NCBI GenBank assembly: GCA_964016885.1
Contig: OZ024740.1
Span: 246,574,001-246,638,000, forward strand
Direction of reading: 5' to 3'
From: Eledone cirrhosa
Taxonomy: Eukaryota
Length of the DNA stretch: 64,000 nt
In this document: one piece after another, positions 24,578-40,139 of the stretch
Layout of the letters: every line of letters begins with the position of its first letter
Position numbering within the stretch: the stretch's first letter is position 1
Notes under the pieces: generated by a model
Seen by the model: only the letters and a program-made list of their open reading frames with translations
The model's database searches: none
What the model was told of the DNA's origin: nothing
Translations under genes and position numbers: made by a program

Positions 24578-27500
24578 TATCATCATCAGGTCGAGCTTGC
24601 TCGGCTTTCTACGACACGTTTCCTTCATCCATCTCTGTCTCTCATAACGTTTGCCAGTTCTTTCGCAGTGCATCCAGTGTCGTCCACAAGTTGCTTGACG
24701 TATGTCTTCTTGGGACGACCAGCGTTTCTTGCTCCATGAGATAGACTCCATAACAACACATCACCTGCTATTTATTCCTTGCTGCGCCAACAGTGGCCAG
24801 CAAATCTGCGTCTCTGTCCCCGTATTGACCTGCTGATAGGTGGTATATTGCCATAGAGATCCTTATTTGTTGGGTGTTCCCTCCAAGACACGTTTAAAGC
24901 AGCGCGGAGCATACGTGTGTATGCCCCGTCTAGCTTTTTCTCCAGTTTCGACGTTAGCGTCTAAGTGATAGAGCCATAAACAAGCACAGACTCCACAGCA
25001 GCTCTGAAGAAATTCCTTTCAGTTTGGCCGGCAGGTTTGATTTCCATATCTTTTCCATTGCATTCAATGCTCCCCAGGCTTTTCCCAGTCTAATGTTAAC
25101 ATCATGTTCGGTGGAGGCGATATAGCTACCCAGGTATTTGAAGTCGTCAACTTGCTTGATTAAATCGCCGTTTAGACTTCGCATACCAACTGAGGAGTCT
25201 TGGTTCAGGCAAATATATTCTGTTTTGTCTGCGTTGACATAGAGTCCGATTTCCTTTGCAAATGATTCGATGCTGTGAAGTAGTGATGTTGCATCCTTAA
25301 GGTAGTCAGCGAGGACCGCTAAATCATCCGCATAGTCAGCATCGGTGATTTTCTGAGCTGCATGGCGTCTACACTTTCTCTTTGTGAGAGTGAAACCAAG
25401 CTCTAAGTTTTCGTCCAGGGCTTTTCTCAATACATAGTCGAGGCAGATGATAAAAATATATGGTGCAAGAGTATCCAGTTGGAGTACTCCTGCAATGATG
25501 TCAAAGAAGTTGGTATCTCCATCAGGTGAGCGCACCATTGCGCGGGTGTTTTTATATAACATCGTGGTGGCATTTACTGTTTCCCCTGACAAGCCGTTGG
25601 CTAGAAGTATCTCTCTCATCCTCCCACGATGGATGGAATCGAATGCTTTCAATAAACAGGAGAGTTGCTGGGAGGTTTTGGGCTTTTACGCCTTCCAAGA
25701 TACGCCGAATTGTAAGTATTTGCCCTGATGTTGATCTGTTGGTGCGGAAGGCATTTTGTTTTTTCTCAGCAAGGGGTCACTGACAGATCTTATTCTGTCA
25801 AACAGCATGAGATTGTATATCTTTGCGGCAATTGCCATTAGTATTATGCCACGGTAGTTTTTAGCCATTCCAAGATCGCCCTTTTTGGGAAAAGGGAGTA
25901 TACATCCCTCAGTCCATTTGTCTATGGGGTCTTTATTATAGACACCATTACACAACTCTAGTAGGATTGGGTGAAATTCAGGTACCTTCCACACTTGAGC
26001 TGGGATCTCGTCGAGTCCGCACGCTTTTCCGTTACCAATACTTTTCACTGCCTTCTGTAGTTCCTCCATAGTGAAAGGACTTTCTGTATTTGGTGTTCCT
26101 CTGTAAAAACGGGTATTAATTCTTCTTCGATGATCTGTGGTGCTTTGCCAAGTAGGTTCTGAAAATGTTGTTGCCACAGTTTTAAACGTTCGTCTTGGCT
26201 GGAGGCTTTCAGTTTGGCTCTGTCACTACTTTTTCTGCCACTAATTTCATTGACAGTTTTCCAGGCCTCAGCAGACTTCTTATTGCTGACAGTACTCGAG
26301 ATATGATTGATCTTTCTCTGCATGTATTCGGCTTGTTCAATTTCATACTCACTTTTCAGTGCTGTACAAGCAGCATTGAAGTTACTAATGTTTTCTGGAG
26401 ATCGTTGAGTGTCTTTCAATTCTGCAGCTTTTCGCAACTCTGCGCTTTTGGCGTATCCTCTGATTCCCAGGGTTTTCGTTTTTTAACCTTGGGTTTTAAA
26501 GGGATGGTGCCGGCCGCTGCCTCTTTGAATGCCATTTCAAAGTGGTTAAATGTAGAATTTGACGATTTTGCTGGCGCAGAGTCTTGTAGGGCAGCAAATC
26601 GGTTGCTCAGTTGGGTTACAAAGGTTTTGTAAGTCTCAGGATTGGTATTCAGAACTGCCCACTTGTAAGGAGTAGCACTTGCAGATTTCTTTTTATCCAC
26701 TCGGAGACTTAATCGTATCTTGGCCGAGACAATGCGATGATCCGACTAACAAATGAGTCATATGCTCTGCAGTTTTTTGCGCTGTTCTTCCATTTTCGAT
26801 TGATTATGATATAATCCAGTTGTGTCTTGTCGCCATTTGGAGATTTGTGGTCTTTTTTGGAAAATGGCGTTGAGACATCGTAAATTGTTCTCACACAAGT
26901 AATCTTTTAGCATACAACCGTTTCTATTGGTTTGTGAGTGGTATGAGAATTTGAATCCATCAAGCTGTCCAAGACGCGCGTTGAAGTCTCCGCCAATGAT
27001 GAGAACATTATGTTTCAGGATTTGTCTAGTGAGTGATGTTAGTTCCATGTAAAACCTCTCTACTTCGGCCATATCACATACATTTGTTGGACTATAGCAA
27101 GAGATTACAGTGGTTTTAGGATTCCCGTTAAACGTAGCTATCATTATCCATGATGTTATCATTTCAACACTCGCAAGTGCGTCATAGGCTCGCGGGCTGA
27201 AAAGCATTCCAACTCCACCATTTGCTGCATTCATGTTGTTTTTCCAAGCTGAGCAGGTTATCAGCCTCCAATTGCCAAATATTTGCTCCTTTGTTACAAG
27301 CTCTTCATGTATGAACCGGTGCTCCTGAAGACAGATAACATCATGGTTGGTCGCCCCTGCTGAAGCAATCAGTTCAGGGATTTTATGGTCTTTCTGGAGT
27401 GTTTGAACATTGAGTGTACCAGCAAAGATGTCTTTCTTTCCCTGTACAAGTCGGGTTGGTTGTTTTCTCCGTGTATGTTTCCTAGTATGTGATTTTTCGA

Positions 27501-27912
27501 CTGCAATCTGGGAATCCGTTGCAGGATGCGCTCCTTGTTTAACCGCGCGACGAGCGCTGCGGGATGAACATCGAAGGATTTGTGTCATATTTAGCTTTCA
27601 ATAGCTGGATATACACTTGCGGTCGCTACTCCATACAAGTGAAAGCAGTACTCTGTATTAGAGTGGTTGTGCCTCACCGAAACATCCAACAATAGTTGAT
27701 ATGATCGCCTTGCCACTAGTAGTATGAACCAAATTCACAGTTACTTGATAATTGCCTTATCTACTGATCCGACATCCTGCTTACCAATGTCATCGTTTAA
27801 CCCAGTCAGGATTGGTTTGACAGATTGCCTATCAAGTCCAAAGAGCTCTGTCCGCCCCGGCTTTGAAATCAGAGTGGTCCCTCTCCTAGACAGATTGCCG
27901 ACCAAGGCTACC

Positions 27913-27966
<54 letters not shown>

Positions 27967-28180
27967 TATATACACATTTACACAATTTTTGGATGGCCGT
28001 TGACTCTTATGAGTTCTTCCGCCCGTTGTCAGGTTTTGTTTTTGTCCTGCAGGATGTCCAAAATCACTCTCCTCACCAAGTAAACTTGATGGGGTTGCCG
28101 GTTTAGTCGCCGACGACCCGACCATGCGACAGGTTGTACTGGGTTACATGTTACCAGTAGCACTCGAGAGTGGCCTGACA
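24578..28180 (-). mobile_element. Near full-length decayed RTE-clade LINE with (TGA)n tail
   Basis: EN motifs GTLNVQTL, CLQEHR, SCYSPT, GGDFNA, QLDY; RT motifs NYRGI, KAFDSI, DYADDL, FKYLGS; frameshifted; (TA)n inserted in the 5'UTR at about 27916-27962. Confidence 0.92.
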
Positions 28181-28387
28181 TATACATGTACGTATATATA
28201 CATATATATGTATTTTTCTTTTTATCTGAATGTATTCACATATGTCTTTTTCTATATTGCTATATTTTTTTTATTTTTTATATATTATTTTTCTTACCCT
28301 TCTTTTCTTATGTATATTTCCCGTTATTTTTCCAGCCTCACTTCCAATTTTTAACAGATTTTAAATCTCATTTCATATCTATAACAT

Positions 28388-28460
28388 CTCTGTCTGACGA
28401 CCGATCCAGACGTATATTATACTATTATCGTCTGTGATCCAGAAACCTTTGGTAATGGAG
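28388..28460 (+). ncRNA. Type I hammerhead ribozyme, intact core
   Basis: CTCTGT-CTGACGA-CC-GATCCAGACG...CGTCTGTGATC-CA-GAAA-CCTTTGG-TA-ATGGAG; stem I 6 bp including G-U pairs; stem III ACC/GGT. Confidence 0.75.
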
Positions 28461-29142
28461 TAATTATATTTTGTGTTGTTCATTTTCTAATTAAATATAT
28501 ACACATATATATATAATAGTGATTTAGATCGATACAATGCTAAATTCATATTAGCCTTCGCAATTATTTCAACATTATTGTCCACAGAAATGCTCGATGA
28601 AAAATACTTTAAAATACTTGTATCAGAGTTAACCCATAAACAATATCTTCGCGGAGCAACAATACTCAAATGGTATATATTAACGTTGATAAAAATCAAA
28701 GAAATTTAAGAAGTTTAAAAATTGAACTAAAAAAAAGTTTAAAAACTTACAATTCAGGGCCCGGACCATAACGGTTCCGAGTCGTGAAAATCTTGCTAAT
28801 TACTAGTATTAGAAATTGATAATCAGCAAATTAGGACTCAGGGTTTCATTAGCATGCCGTCCTAAGTATAGCCGAAAATCAGATATATGGTCCCCGTTCT
28901 ATCCTATAAATATCATGTATGCCTTACGACAGACTTCTTCACCTCAACTGGGTCTAGTTTCTTTAACATTGCACCAAAAACGATGCCATAACCTTTAAAC
29001 GATTCACGGAGAATTTCTTTCAAGAAATACCAGATAAACCACCTACAGCCTGATATGTTTCTGCCAACATCTCTCTACTCCTGTGGGCTATGGTATAACA
29101 ATGTATCACATAAATATGAAATGAGTACAAAGATTTCTCCAG

Positions 29143-29470
29143 GTGGTGCTATTAAGTTATGGTATGGCCAATAACAATAGTGGTAGAAATCTATCAAACA
29201 TATATACACACAATTTTTCCTTTCTCTCTCTATCACTCACTCTCTCACTCCCCTCTCGCTTTCTCACAGTGGGTTGTGTCTTTGGGCAAGACATTTTAGT
29301 TCACGTTGCTGGCAAAAATGAGTTTTACTTGTAGTTTAAAGGTACCAGCTTGTCACGCCTTATGTTATACTGAATCTCTCTGAGAACTACGTTGAATGCA
29401 CACGTCCCTGTGGAATGCTCAGCCACCTTCACGTTCATTTCAGGAGCAGTCTGTTCCGTTGATCGATTCC
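29143..29470 (+). mobile_element. Old SINE-like remnant
   Basis: TTGTGTCTTTGGGCAAGACA resembles the central domain of widely distributed SINEs; heavily decayed. Confidence 0.35.
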
Positions 29471-30665
29471 ACTGTAACGCTCGTTTCGGCACCGACGGAA
29501 GTCCAACACACAGACGCGCGCGCACAGTCACACACACACAGACACACACACACACAGACTCACACACACATACACGCACACACACACACATACACACGAT
29601 AGTCTTCATTTCTTCATTTTCAGCCAACTAATAACCAAGCTGTGTCTGCAAGCAACATATTTCTTTCATCATTAGAGTCTAGCCCACACAATAAACTGCT
29701 TCAGCTAAGATATTTCAGAACAATCATCTTTTTTACTCAGTTCAGTTCTTGGCTTCGTTTTCTCGACAGACAGGTCAACCATTTTCATGTTGAACCGGCC
29801 TGTTCAAGGTCACTGCATCATGGAATGTTTAATAAACTAACTGTGCTAATTACTATTGGCATAAACATGGAGCTACCCGCAGAACATAGATCCACACACA
29901 GGGCATAGCAGACTCGAACTCGGGCTGGGGAGATGGCAGCTTCAGAACATTCAAAATAGGCATTCTTTTACAAGGAACGTATTCCAGGATTGTTTTTTTT
30001 TTTTTATAAAATCTATTTTTTTAGATATAAGGGAGCATCATTAAAAATTAAGGAAGCAGTGATATCTAGAACTTCCTTAATTCTTAATGGTGCATCCTTA
30101 TATTTAGAAGATGGAGTTTATAAAACGCCCCATGAAATACGGCTCCCTTGCATACCTACGTATGTCCAGGCTTCTGTTAGGTGATTCTGGTTGGCTGAGG
30201 TCACTTCCGCTGGGGTATTGCCGTGTTGGTCAAGGGTGCAAGATTCTTATATATATATATATTAGGATTGGTGCTCTGAAATAGCGATGTATACATGAAT
30301 GTATGTATAGTATATTTGGCAATATACCCTATGTTTAATTAAAAACATTTTGAACACCTTGCGCTATTATTATAAAAAAAGTAGTGACTATTTCACTTAC
30401 TTCTTTTTTCGGCAAAAGAAGGGAGAGAAGCTGACAGATTCTGTTTCACACTGTTGGTGTTCCTCAGAGCAACGTCTCTGCCGAAAATTATAGAGGCTGG
30501 ATTCTTATAGAATTCTTCTCTCCCTTCCTTTGCCAGAAATAGCCGTCGAAACTGTTTGAGCTCTGCCGTCGAGGTCATACTTTTTCCTATTACCCACTCA
30601 ACTACCCTAAGTATTGAGTACTCTGGTGCGTCCATCTGGTTCCTTACCACAACTCCTTCGTTATA

Positions 30666-30845
30666 TTGGCAGTATCGGTAGAGGGTCGGACGCCATGCTT
30701 TGACGCATAGAGTTACGGCCCTTGCCATTCTGAGTTCAAATCCCGCCGAGGCTAACTTTGCCTTTCATCCTTACGGGGTCGATAAAATAAAGTACCAGTA
30801 ACGTACTGGGTAATTGCTGGCCTTGTGCCACAAATAGAAACAGTT
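30666..30845 (+). mobile_element. tRNA-derived SINE
   Basis: Near-identical to the other main-family copies. Confidence 0.9.
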
Positions 30846-30867
30846 ATATATATATATATATATATAT

Positions 30868-31260
30868 ATAGAATTCACAGGAATCAAAGTTATGTTCAAA
30901 CCATTTATTAGCTTACAATTGTTTCATCCAAACCGAGGCTTGGGGTCTTCGGAGCATTTTTCAATGTTTGTATACATACATGACCCCACTGTACATCAAT
31001 ATATACCTATGTTTCTGTATGTCTCTTGCGTTGGAAAGGAGGTCATGTATGTATACAAACATTGAAAAATGCTCCAAAGACTCCAAGCCTTGGTTTGGAT
31101 GAAACAATTGTAAGCTAATAAATAGTTTGAACATAACTTTGATTCCTGTGAAATCTATATAACTGCTCTGTAGAACAACTGATGGTATTACATTGAGCTA
31201 TTTATCTTACTGGTAATAAGGTAGTAATAAATTACTGTCTTTCACTGTTTAGGGTTTAAA
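30868..31260 (+). mobile_element. Short PLE-type insertion in (TA)n with 118-bp inverted arm (family D); variant hammerhead in both arms
   Basis: Arms 30868-30985 / 31041-31160; GCT-CCGAAGA-C-CCCAAGCC..GGTTTGGA-T-GAAA-CAATTG-TA-AGC-T-AATAAA (30911-30955 on -; lesioned copy 31071-31115 on +). Confidence 0.8.
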
Positions 31261-31316
31261 ATATATATAACTATAAAAAGTTTTAGTATATACATAACCA
31301 TAAATAGTATCCTTAA

Positions 31317-31364
<48 letters not shown>

Positions 31365-31503
31365 ATATCATATATGTCATCCTACTCTTAGTTTAATATA
31401 TATGCTTGGATTTACTACTTGGAATCTTTGAGCTTATTCCACAGGTGGTATGGCGCATGATTCTGATATTCTCAGATATGACATCCTTAATATAATGTTG
31501 GCA

Positions 31504-31597
<94 letters not shown>

Positions 31598-31987
31598 ATT
31601 GCGAGGGACAAGGCTGCGTGGTTACTGATAACGAGTGCTGGAAAGTAAAGGGAACACAAACAAGAGATAGATATTTTCCGTTCGTCAGTTGTCACGGATG
31701 GGTCACGGATGTCTCAGGGCATTATAGAGAATACATCTGTTTGTAGCGCGCCAATAACTTATTATCAACAAGTTATTAGGGAAAGAAAAGACTACAAGAG
31801 GCGATAGCGAAGAGAGAGAAAGAAAGGAAAAAATAGAAACACATATATATATATACTTACGACCTACACTCATCTTTCTCTCCCTCTCTCTGTACATTAT
31901 AATTTATTCTTTTAATATATATATGGATTGCGAGGGACAAGGCTGCGTGGTTACTGATAACGAGTGCTGAAAAGTAAAGAGAACACA

Positions 31988-32100
31988 GAGTTCAAATCCC
32001 GCCGAGATTAACTTTGCCTTTCATCCTTACGGGGTCGATAAAATAAAGTACCAGTAATACACTGGATAATTTGCTGGCCTTGTGCCAAAAGTAGAAAGAA
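31988..32100 (+). mobile_element. 5'-truncated SINE
   Basis: Matches the SINE from the B-box to the 3' end; preceded by a ~65-bp direct repeat of 31593-31658. Confidence 0.85.
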
Positions 32101-32233
32101 TTATAATTTATTCTTTTAATGGAGATGTACTCTCCATTCCTTTCGTAGACAATATGGTTTTCACTCTGGTGGTATTCTATCCCCTGTAATTGAACACATA
32201 CCTCTTTGTGTATCTTTCTCTATATACTCTCTC

Positions 32234-32283
<50 letters not shown>

Positions 32284-32439
32284 GAGACGAATCTTATCGA
32301 ATAGAATGGACACAGCTTCGGTCATTTCGTCACTCACTCAATAATCAATTAAGTTCGTATTATTAAAATTTACACCCAACTGTTTACAGTGCATACATAC
32401 CCACACAAACACTCCATCCCCTACTCTTAATTTCTCCGA

Positions 32440-33330
32440 CTCCGCCACATATGCAGCCTAATCCATGACGACTTTCAAGATCAGGGCCATTACCTGGCTG
32501 AGCACTTCACTCGGTGAGGTTACCTGCCGCCCCTCCTTGGACCACGCCGATCTCACTGCGCACATGCTGTCGACCGCACCATCACTCTCACTCTACACCC
32601 TCAGCCCTCCACTAATCGACTCCCTTTCCCCTTTGCCCCTCCAGAGAACGGTCCTCCGGTTCTTCTGCTACATCCGGTCGGACCCCTCCATCCTTTTCAC
32701 TCTCTCACCCCTCCTCTCTTTCCAGTGCACACGCAGCCTCCGAAACCTCATTGTCCACAGCCTCGCTCCACCCCAATTCATTCCCTCCCCTGCTCTCAAA
32801 GCCGCTTCCATACTTGTCATTACATCACCAACTCGACCACCTTCCGTGGGCCCAATACTTCCGAATCGGTAATCCTTCCACTACACCTCATCCAGCCTTG
32901 TCAACAGGCTCGACTGCATGTTATATGAAGTTGTTTACATCGGACTGACTGGGCGTCGATTAGCGGACCGTTTCGCCGAGCACCTCCAGGACACAGGTGG
33001 CCGGACACTTCTGCTCCACCAGACACTTTCCCCGCAACTTTACCGCCTGCAGCCTATTGCGTGCTCCGGAGCCCCCGACACAATGCCTGATTCATGAGCA
33101 GAGCACTATTCTTTTTCTCCAGACCTGGATCGGAAATGGTTTAAATTTCCTTTCACCTCTTGCATTAACTCCTCACACATCCACACCCCTACACACCCAC
33201 ATTTGCTCCTCTTCTTCAGCACCTACCCGCACACACGTACACGATTTATATCTATTTCTCCCATACAACCCTCTCTTTACCCCACCAATGCCCCCAACTA
33301 ATAAACTAACGTATAACCCCATCCAACACT
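32440..33330 (+). mobile_element. Decayed Penelope-like element 3' region (GIY-YIG)
   Basis: Frameshifted SLRNLIVHS, HTCHYIT, YIGLTGRRLADRFAEHL, VAGHF motifs. Confidence 0.75.
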
Positions 33331-33349
33331 AACACTACTAACCCCCTTC

Positions 33350-35575
33350 TACCTGGACGAGTGCGTGCAGAACGCTTTCGTTGTTCTGCATGCATCTCGG
33401 GCAGGTCCGCCTGGCAGCACTACCATGCTTGTAGAGTTTATCTCGAACAGGCAGTGCACCCTGGTAACACTGTCAAGCGAGAGATTTCTGGAAGTGATAC
33501 ATAGTCCCCGGCTCGAAAGTCCTCCGGAACAGACTGGTCAGTTCGACTTCGTCGACACCCAGAGCCTCTCCGAGTGCATCATCACACTTGGCTGCAACTA
33601 ATCCTTTATAGAAGTCGAGAGTGGAAGTTCCACTGACCGCATTGCCCGCCTGGTAGAGGACAGTGAGCGCCTGGCATCTGGAATGATGCCAGGTGCTCAG
33701 TCTTGGTCTCTTCTTGACCCAGTACTGCAGCTCTGTCAAAGAGAAGAGCTGTAGACAGACCTGTCTCACAAATGGCAACCACACCTCCGTCTAGGCAGTG
33801 TATCTGGAGATGCTGCAGCCTCAGCGCATGTTTGTGAATTATTAGCCACGGCATGCCCAGCCTCTGAGTGTCGACGAAGTCGAACTGACCAGTCTGTTCT
33901 GGAGGATTGTCGAGTCGGGGACTATGGATAACTTCCAGAAATCTCTCGCTTGGCAGTGTTACCGGGGCGCACTGCCGGTTCGAAATAAACTCTACGAGCA
34001 CAGAAATGCTGTCAGACGTACCTGTCCAAGATGCACGCAGAGCGACGAAAGCGTTCTTCACACACTCGTCCAGAGTACATTGCTGACTTGTGGAGTTATA
34101 TCGAAAAGCTATTGTCGCGTGTAGAACGGATTCAGCTATCGACCGAATCCATAAAGATCAACCCACCGCCTTCTTTTGGCCAGGAAGAGCTTGCAGTTTT
34201 CCTCTGTTTGGTGGTGGAAGCGGAAGAAGTTGTGTGGTGGACCATGTTGAAAGGACTGAAGACAGACACTTTATTTTTCGGCCAATCCCTCATCAACGTT
34301 TTCAAGTGCCCATGAAGCGTCGGGTGGTTCAACCACTACCCGCAACACTAAGCTCAAATGTTCGGGAGCGGTGGCTGGTCGGATCGAGGGATGGATTTCA
34401 GAGCCTACCTTGATGGCCTACCACGGCTCTCGGTGAGGGAGGTGGGGTGTTGCGCAAAACCGATAGCAGCCGAGGAAATATGAGAGACAATGGCAAGATG
34501 TACGAGGGGCAAATCGCCTGGCTTAGATGGCCTACCCTACGAACTTTACACAAATATGCCAGACTTGTTCGGCGACATCTTAGCGGATGTTTATGCCAAA
34601 TGGCAACAGAACGGGAGAATTCCCAGTTCTGTGAGTTGAGGGGCAGTAGCGCTGCTAAGAAAGGACCCGAAGAAGGAGGGCCATATAGACAATTTCAGGC
34701 CCATAACTTTGCTAAACGCAGAATTTGAAATGTTGGTCAAAGTATTAGCCACGATGTTGGCGCTTGTCGTCGGTGATATGGCAGGGGAGGCGCAAGCATG
34801 TGCCATTCCGGACTGGTCCATCCACGACAACCTCCATCTCATGCGATACACCATAGAGAGTGTGGCTAAGGAACCTGGCACGGGTAGGGCTCTGAACAAT
34901 TTAGATCAATAAAAGGACATTGATAGGGCTACCCAGCAGCAGGCTTTGGATCTGTTTTCAGGAGCTGGATCGCTGCAATGCACAGAGACATCTGCTCTGT
35001 GGTTAAAGTGAACGGTCACCTTTCGGAACCATTCAACATCATGCGTACGGTCCACCAAGGTTGTCCCCTCTCGTCCCTTCTGCATGTGTTGACTCTTGAG
35101 CCATTACTACAAACATTGGAGACGTTGAGGGGCATCCGGCGCGAACTAGAATGTGGGAGATCGGTGTCGGCATATGCCGATAATGTCACCGTAGTTGTGT
35201 CGAACACCAAACACATTGAGATGAGATGATCGGCACCACTCTCAGGGAGTACGAAGCTGTAACAGGAGCAAAAATAAGCCTGCAGCTGGAGAGGCAGGTC
35301 CATGACATCCAACATCGTTGTTGGGCGCTGGTCGGACAAACCGGTTAAATTACTCAGAGTCTGCTTTGGACCGGATTTCCAGATGGAGAAAAACTGGGAA
35401 GCTGTGACGTTCAAGGTGGCTTCTCTCACCCAGAAATGGCTAGAGAGGAAACTATCATTGAAAGGCCGGGAAGAGAGGTGAACACGTAAATAGCGTCCGT
35501 CATCTACTACTGCCTGACCGTCGTGCCTTGTCCTCAGCCTCACCTGACTGCACTGAAGCGTCTGTTCTTTCAGGT
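33350..35575. mobile_element. Rearranged, decayed copy of the Tx1-type LINE ORF2
   Basis: Three blocks homologous to 2555-4650: 33350-33865 (-), 33865-34312 (+), 34360-35575 (+). Confidence 0.9.
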
Positions 35576-36262
35576 GACTACCTTCAGAGATGGACCTTCC
35601 GCTTCGCACTCGTATGGCTGTTAAACGGACCTCAAACGCATTCTGATTCATTCTAAAGGCTACCAGTGGAAGCAACCGTAACACCCTCCTTCAAATGTCA
35701 GAGAACGCAGTCAAAGTCACTATTAAGGGCTACAAATGAACGCTCACATGGTCCCTTTTAGGGCCACCACTTGAAATTGTTGATGGTTACCCCTCCTTAC
35801 TGGGGTGTCAGTAAACGGCTTGCACGGCCCTTTTAAGGGCCCTTGAAATAGCTGATGGCGACCCTTTCGTTTAGGGCTGCCAGTGAACACGCACACGCCT
35901 CGGGGCCCATTTTATTGCACCATTCCTCTTTAAATTTGTTAAATTATACCCACAGTTTGGTAAACGTTTGTCCAGTAGCGTTTACTTACTAAGGTTCGGT
36001 GGACTCCTTCGAGAAGGTTCCACATGCTGTCCGATTACACGTCATGCCTTGCTTAAGCATTGCAGACTTCCCTCTGACATAAGTGGTGATATCTGTCCTG
36101 CTGACTCATGCCACTTTAAGCCGATTTTCTCCACATGGAAGGAGAAGCATACCTAATACTAATTGCATCAGAGTATTCGGTTTATATTCTTTACATATTG
36201 TCGAGGCATGCAGTTTTTCCACGATTAGGTCTGTTGGCGGCCCGCGTTCCAAAATACCTTAT

Positions 36263-36290
36263 CCCGTGCAACGCCGGGTACCACTACTAG
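36263..36290 (+). mobile_element. Helitron 3' terminus
   Basis: GC hairpin CCCG-TGCAACGC-CGGG, 8 nt spacer, then CTAG followed by T; 5' extent not determined. Confidence 0.6.
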
Positions 36291-36295
36291 TATAT

Positions 36296-36683
36296 AATAA
36301 ATGTAATCTGAGTTTTTCGAATAATAATAATAACATTCGATTCGTTTGCAATTATGTAAACAAGCCTCAATTTTATAGCCATGTCAGTAGAATGAACCCT
36401 TAATTCTTGCTTTTTAGAAAATAGAATATATTTTCACTAGATCTGATAGTTTGGCAGGTGAACAGTGAGCTGTACTGATGAAGGGTGATACCCAGAAAAA
36501 TTAGGGTCAGCAGTTCTGTTCACATGCCAACACAAGAGCAAGAATGAAGAGTTCATTCTACTGACATGGCTATAAAATTGAGGCTTGTTTAAATAATTGC
36601 AAACGAATCGAATGTTATTATTATTATTCGAAAATCTCAGATTACATTTATTGTATTCAGTCATGTAGAGTGACATTTTCTTT

Positions 36684-36685
<2 letters not shown>
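36296..36685 (+). mobile_element. Second copy of family A PLE-type insertion with inverted arm and hammerhead (36467-36516)
   Basis: Arms 36296-36410 / 36537-36652; CTGATGA-A-GGGT-GAT-ACCC-A-GAAA...GTC; stem III damaged. Confidence 0.85.
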
Positions 36686-36767
<82 letters not shown>

Positions 36768-36965
36768 TACATATATCTACACACACACTCACACACATAT
36801 ATATAGGTGGAGTAAGAGCAAGGCAGTGAATGTAGTGGCAGCGATGGTGGCAGCGGTAACCGAGAGTTCTTTGTGTTAACCTGTTAAACCTGTTAGAGAA
36901 TCAGACCAACAAGTTTTTTTATTCGATCTACAGTTACGTCTACTGCTGGGAGAGAAATATAGATA

Positions 36966-37059
<94 letters not shown>

Positions 37060-37235
37060 AGAGGGAGAGGTGAATGGTGTGTAAGATTCTCTGGCTTTCA
37101 AAAAATATTTTTCTACAACAGACATGATTTGGCTGTTCACTGGAGGTGAAATGATCACTAAGTTTCAATAACATATATAAACTAACATACTCATACAGAC
37201 ACTTATGGACGTAGACGCCCATGCACATGCTCACC

Positions 37236-38342
<1,107 letters not shown>

Positions 38343-38449
38343 GAAACACTGTCGCATGCGTACATATGTGTGTACAATATGTGGTTATAGAATTCTTTTA
38401 TATAAGCTGTAATGGTACATTGAATACACACCTACACATTTCTTTCGTG

Positions 38450-38484
<35 letters not shown>

Positions 38485-38602
38485 TGTATGTATGTATGTA
38501 TGTATGTATGTATGTATGTATTTACGTGTATGCAAGTTTAACACATGTATGTGTGCTAATACGCATCTCTCTCTCACTCTCTCTCTCTCTCTCTCTCTCT
38601 CT

Positions 38603-38673
<71 letters not shown>

Positions 38674-38759
38674 TACATGTATCCATTATTTATAAATAAA
38701 GATATAAAGATATGTGTATGTGTGTACACCCACCCATGAAAACACACATGTATATCTGT

Positions 38760-38801
<42 letters not shown>

Positions 38802-39059
38802 GTGTGTGTATGTGTGTGAGTGTGTGTGTGTGTGTGTGTGTACATAAACAGAGTAAGTGAGAGAGAGAGAATGGGAGAGAGAGGGGGGGAGAGAGAATGA
38901 GAGAGGGGGATAGGGAGGGGGAGAGAGGAGGGGAGAGAGACAGTTAATATCGTTTTATAACTATGAAACGAACTTGTTCCCACGGTTAAAATAACTGGCA
39001 AAATATAAATATTCAGATATTATCTCGTTTGAAATTGAAAGAATTGTCCATATATGTAC

Positions 39060-39096
<37 letters not shown>

Positions 39097-39154
39097 TAAA
39101 AAAATAATGAATAAAACAATGAAACAGTTCCTTATATTAAACAAAAAAAGTTCA

Positions 39155-39300
39155 TTATTTAACGATCGTTTCTAGGATATATATGTGTTAGAATTGGCAT
39201 GCATATTCAACAGATCTATGTACAAAATTATACAAAATTATACAAACTATCAAGATTAAATATACATACCAAACACACATATATGCCGTCTTCAGAAATA

Positions 39301-39301
<1 letters not shown>
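39155..39301 (-). ncRNA. Type I hammerhead ribozyme with ~115-nt stem II domain (family C)
   Basis: TTATTT-CTGAAGA-C-GGCATATATGTG...CACATATATATCC-TA-GAAA-CGATCG-TT-AAATAA. Confidence 0.75.
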
Positions 39302-39361
<60 letters not shown>

Positions 39362-39424
39362 GGTGCGTGTGTATGTGTATGTGTGTAAGCGTGTGCTGGT
39401 GTGTGTGTGTGCGTGCGTGTGTGT

Positions 39425-39492
<68 letters not shown>

Positions 39493-39749
39493 CAGGGTTC
39501 TGCAGTTTCCATCTATCAAATTCCACTCACAAACGATTGGGCAACCCGAAGCTATAGTAGGCGATAACCGAAAGACAACTGGTGGCGAAGCGAACTCTTT
39601 AATCACTCACCAATGTCTGTGCTCAATTGTAGAGAATGATGCTTTCATCAACCAATGGACCAGTGAGTGAAACAACGGGTCTATGTTTATTAACAAATCT
39701 ATAGAATACTTTAGGGTGGCATCTGATTTTTTAGACTTTAATCTCTAAA

Positions 39750-39855
39750 AGGCGGTGGCTTGGCAGAATTGTTAGGGTTTCAGGTGAAATGCTTCGTGGT
39801 ATTTCTTTAGTCATTTTCTGTTTTGTGTTCAAATGCCGCCAAGGCTAATTTTATG
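39750..39855 (+). mobile_element. Old SINE head fragment
   Basis: GGCGGTGGCTTGGCAGAATTGTTAG...GTTCAAATGCCGCC, a diverged relative of the main SINE. Confidence 0.6.
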
Positions 39856-40050
39856 TGACTTCCACTTCAAAATTACTGGCTTTATGACTAATCAAATTCT
39901 ATAATTTAATCTCTTGATTTTCCCAATGGGATTTTTATTTTGCCTTTGGAAGCCTACTTTTATTTTCCTTACGAGTTGAATTGGGGTGTGGTTTGAGCTT
40001 CTATCAATAACCATACATAACTGCCAAACTGGTTTGATGTCAGAGGTAGG

Positions 40051-40139
<89 letters not shown>

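Noticed and set aside
28090-28180. HDV-like ribozyme at the RTE 5' end
   Set aside because: Small hairpins are present, but I could not assemble a consistent P1/P2/P3/P1.1 double pseudoknot.
30022-30106. Imperfect 35-bp hairpin
   Set aside because: Single AT-rich instance without an associated motif; probably a MITE or fold-back remnant.
32163-32195. Possible further instance of the 3' bulged hairpin (ATTC..TT-GAAC)
   Set aside because: The inner stem does not pair in register, so it was excluded from the motif set.
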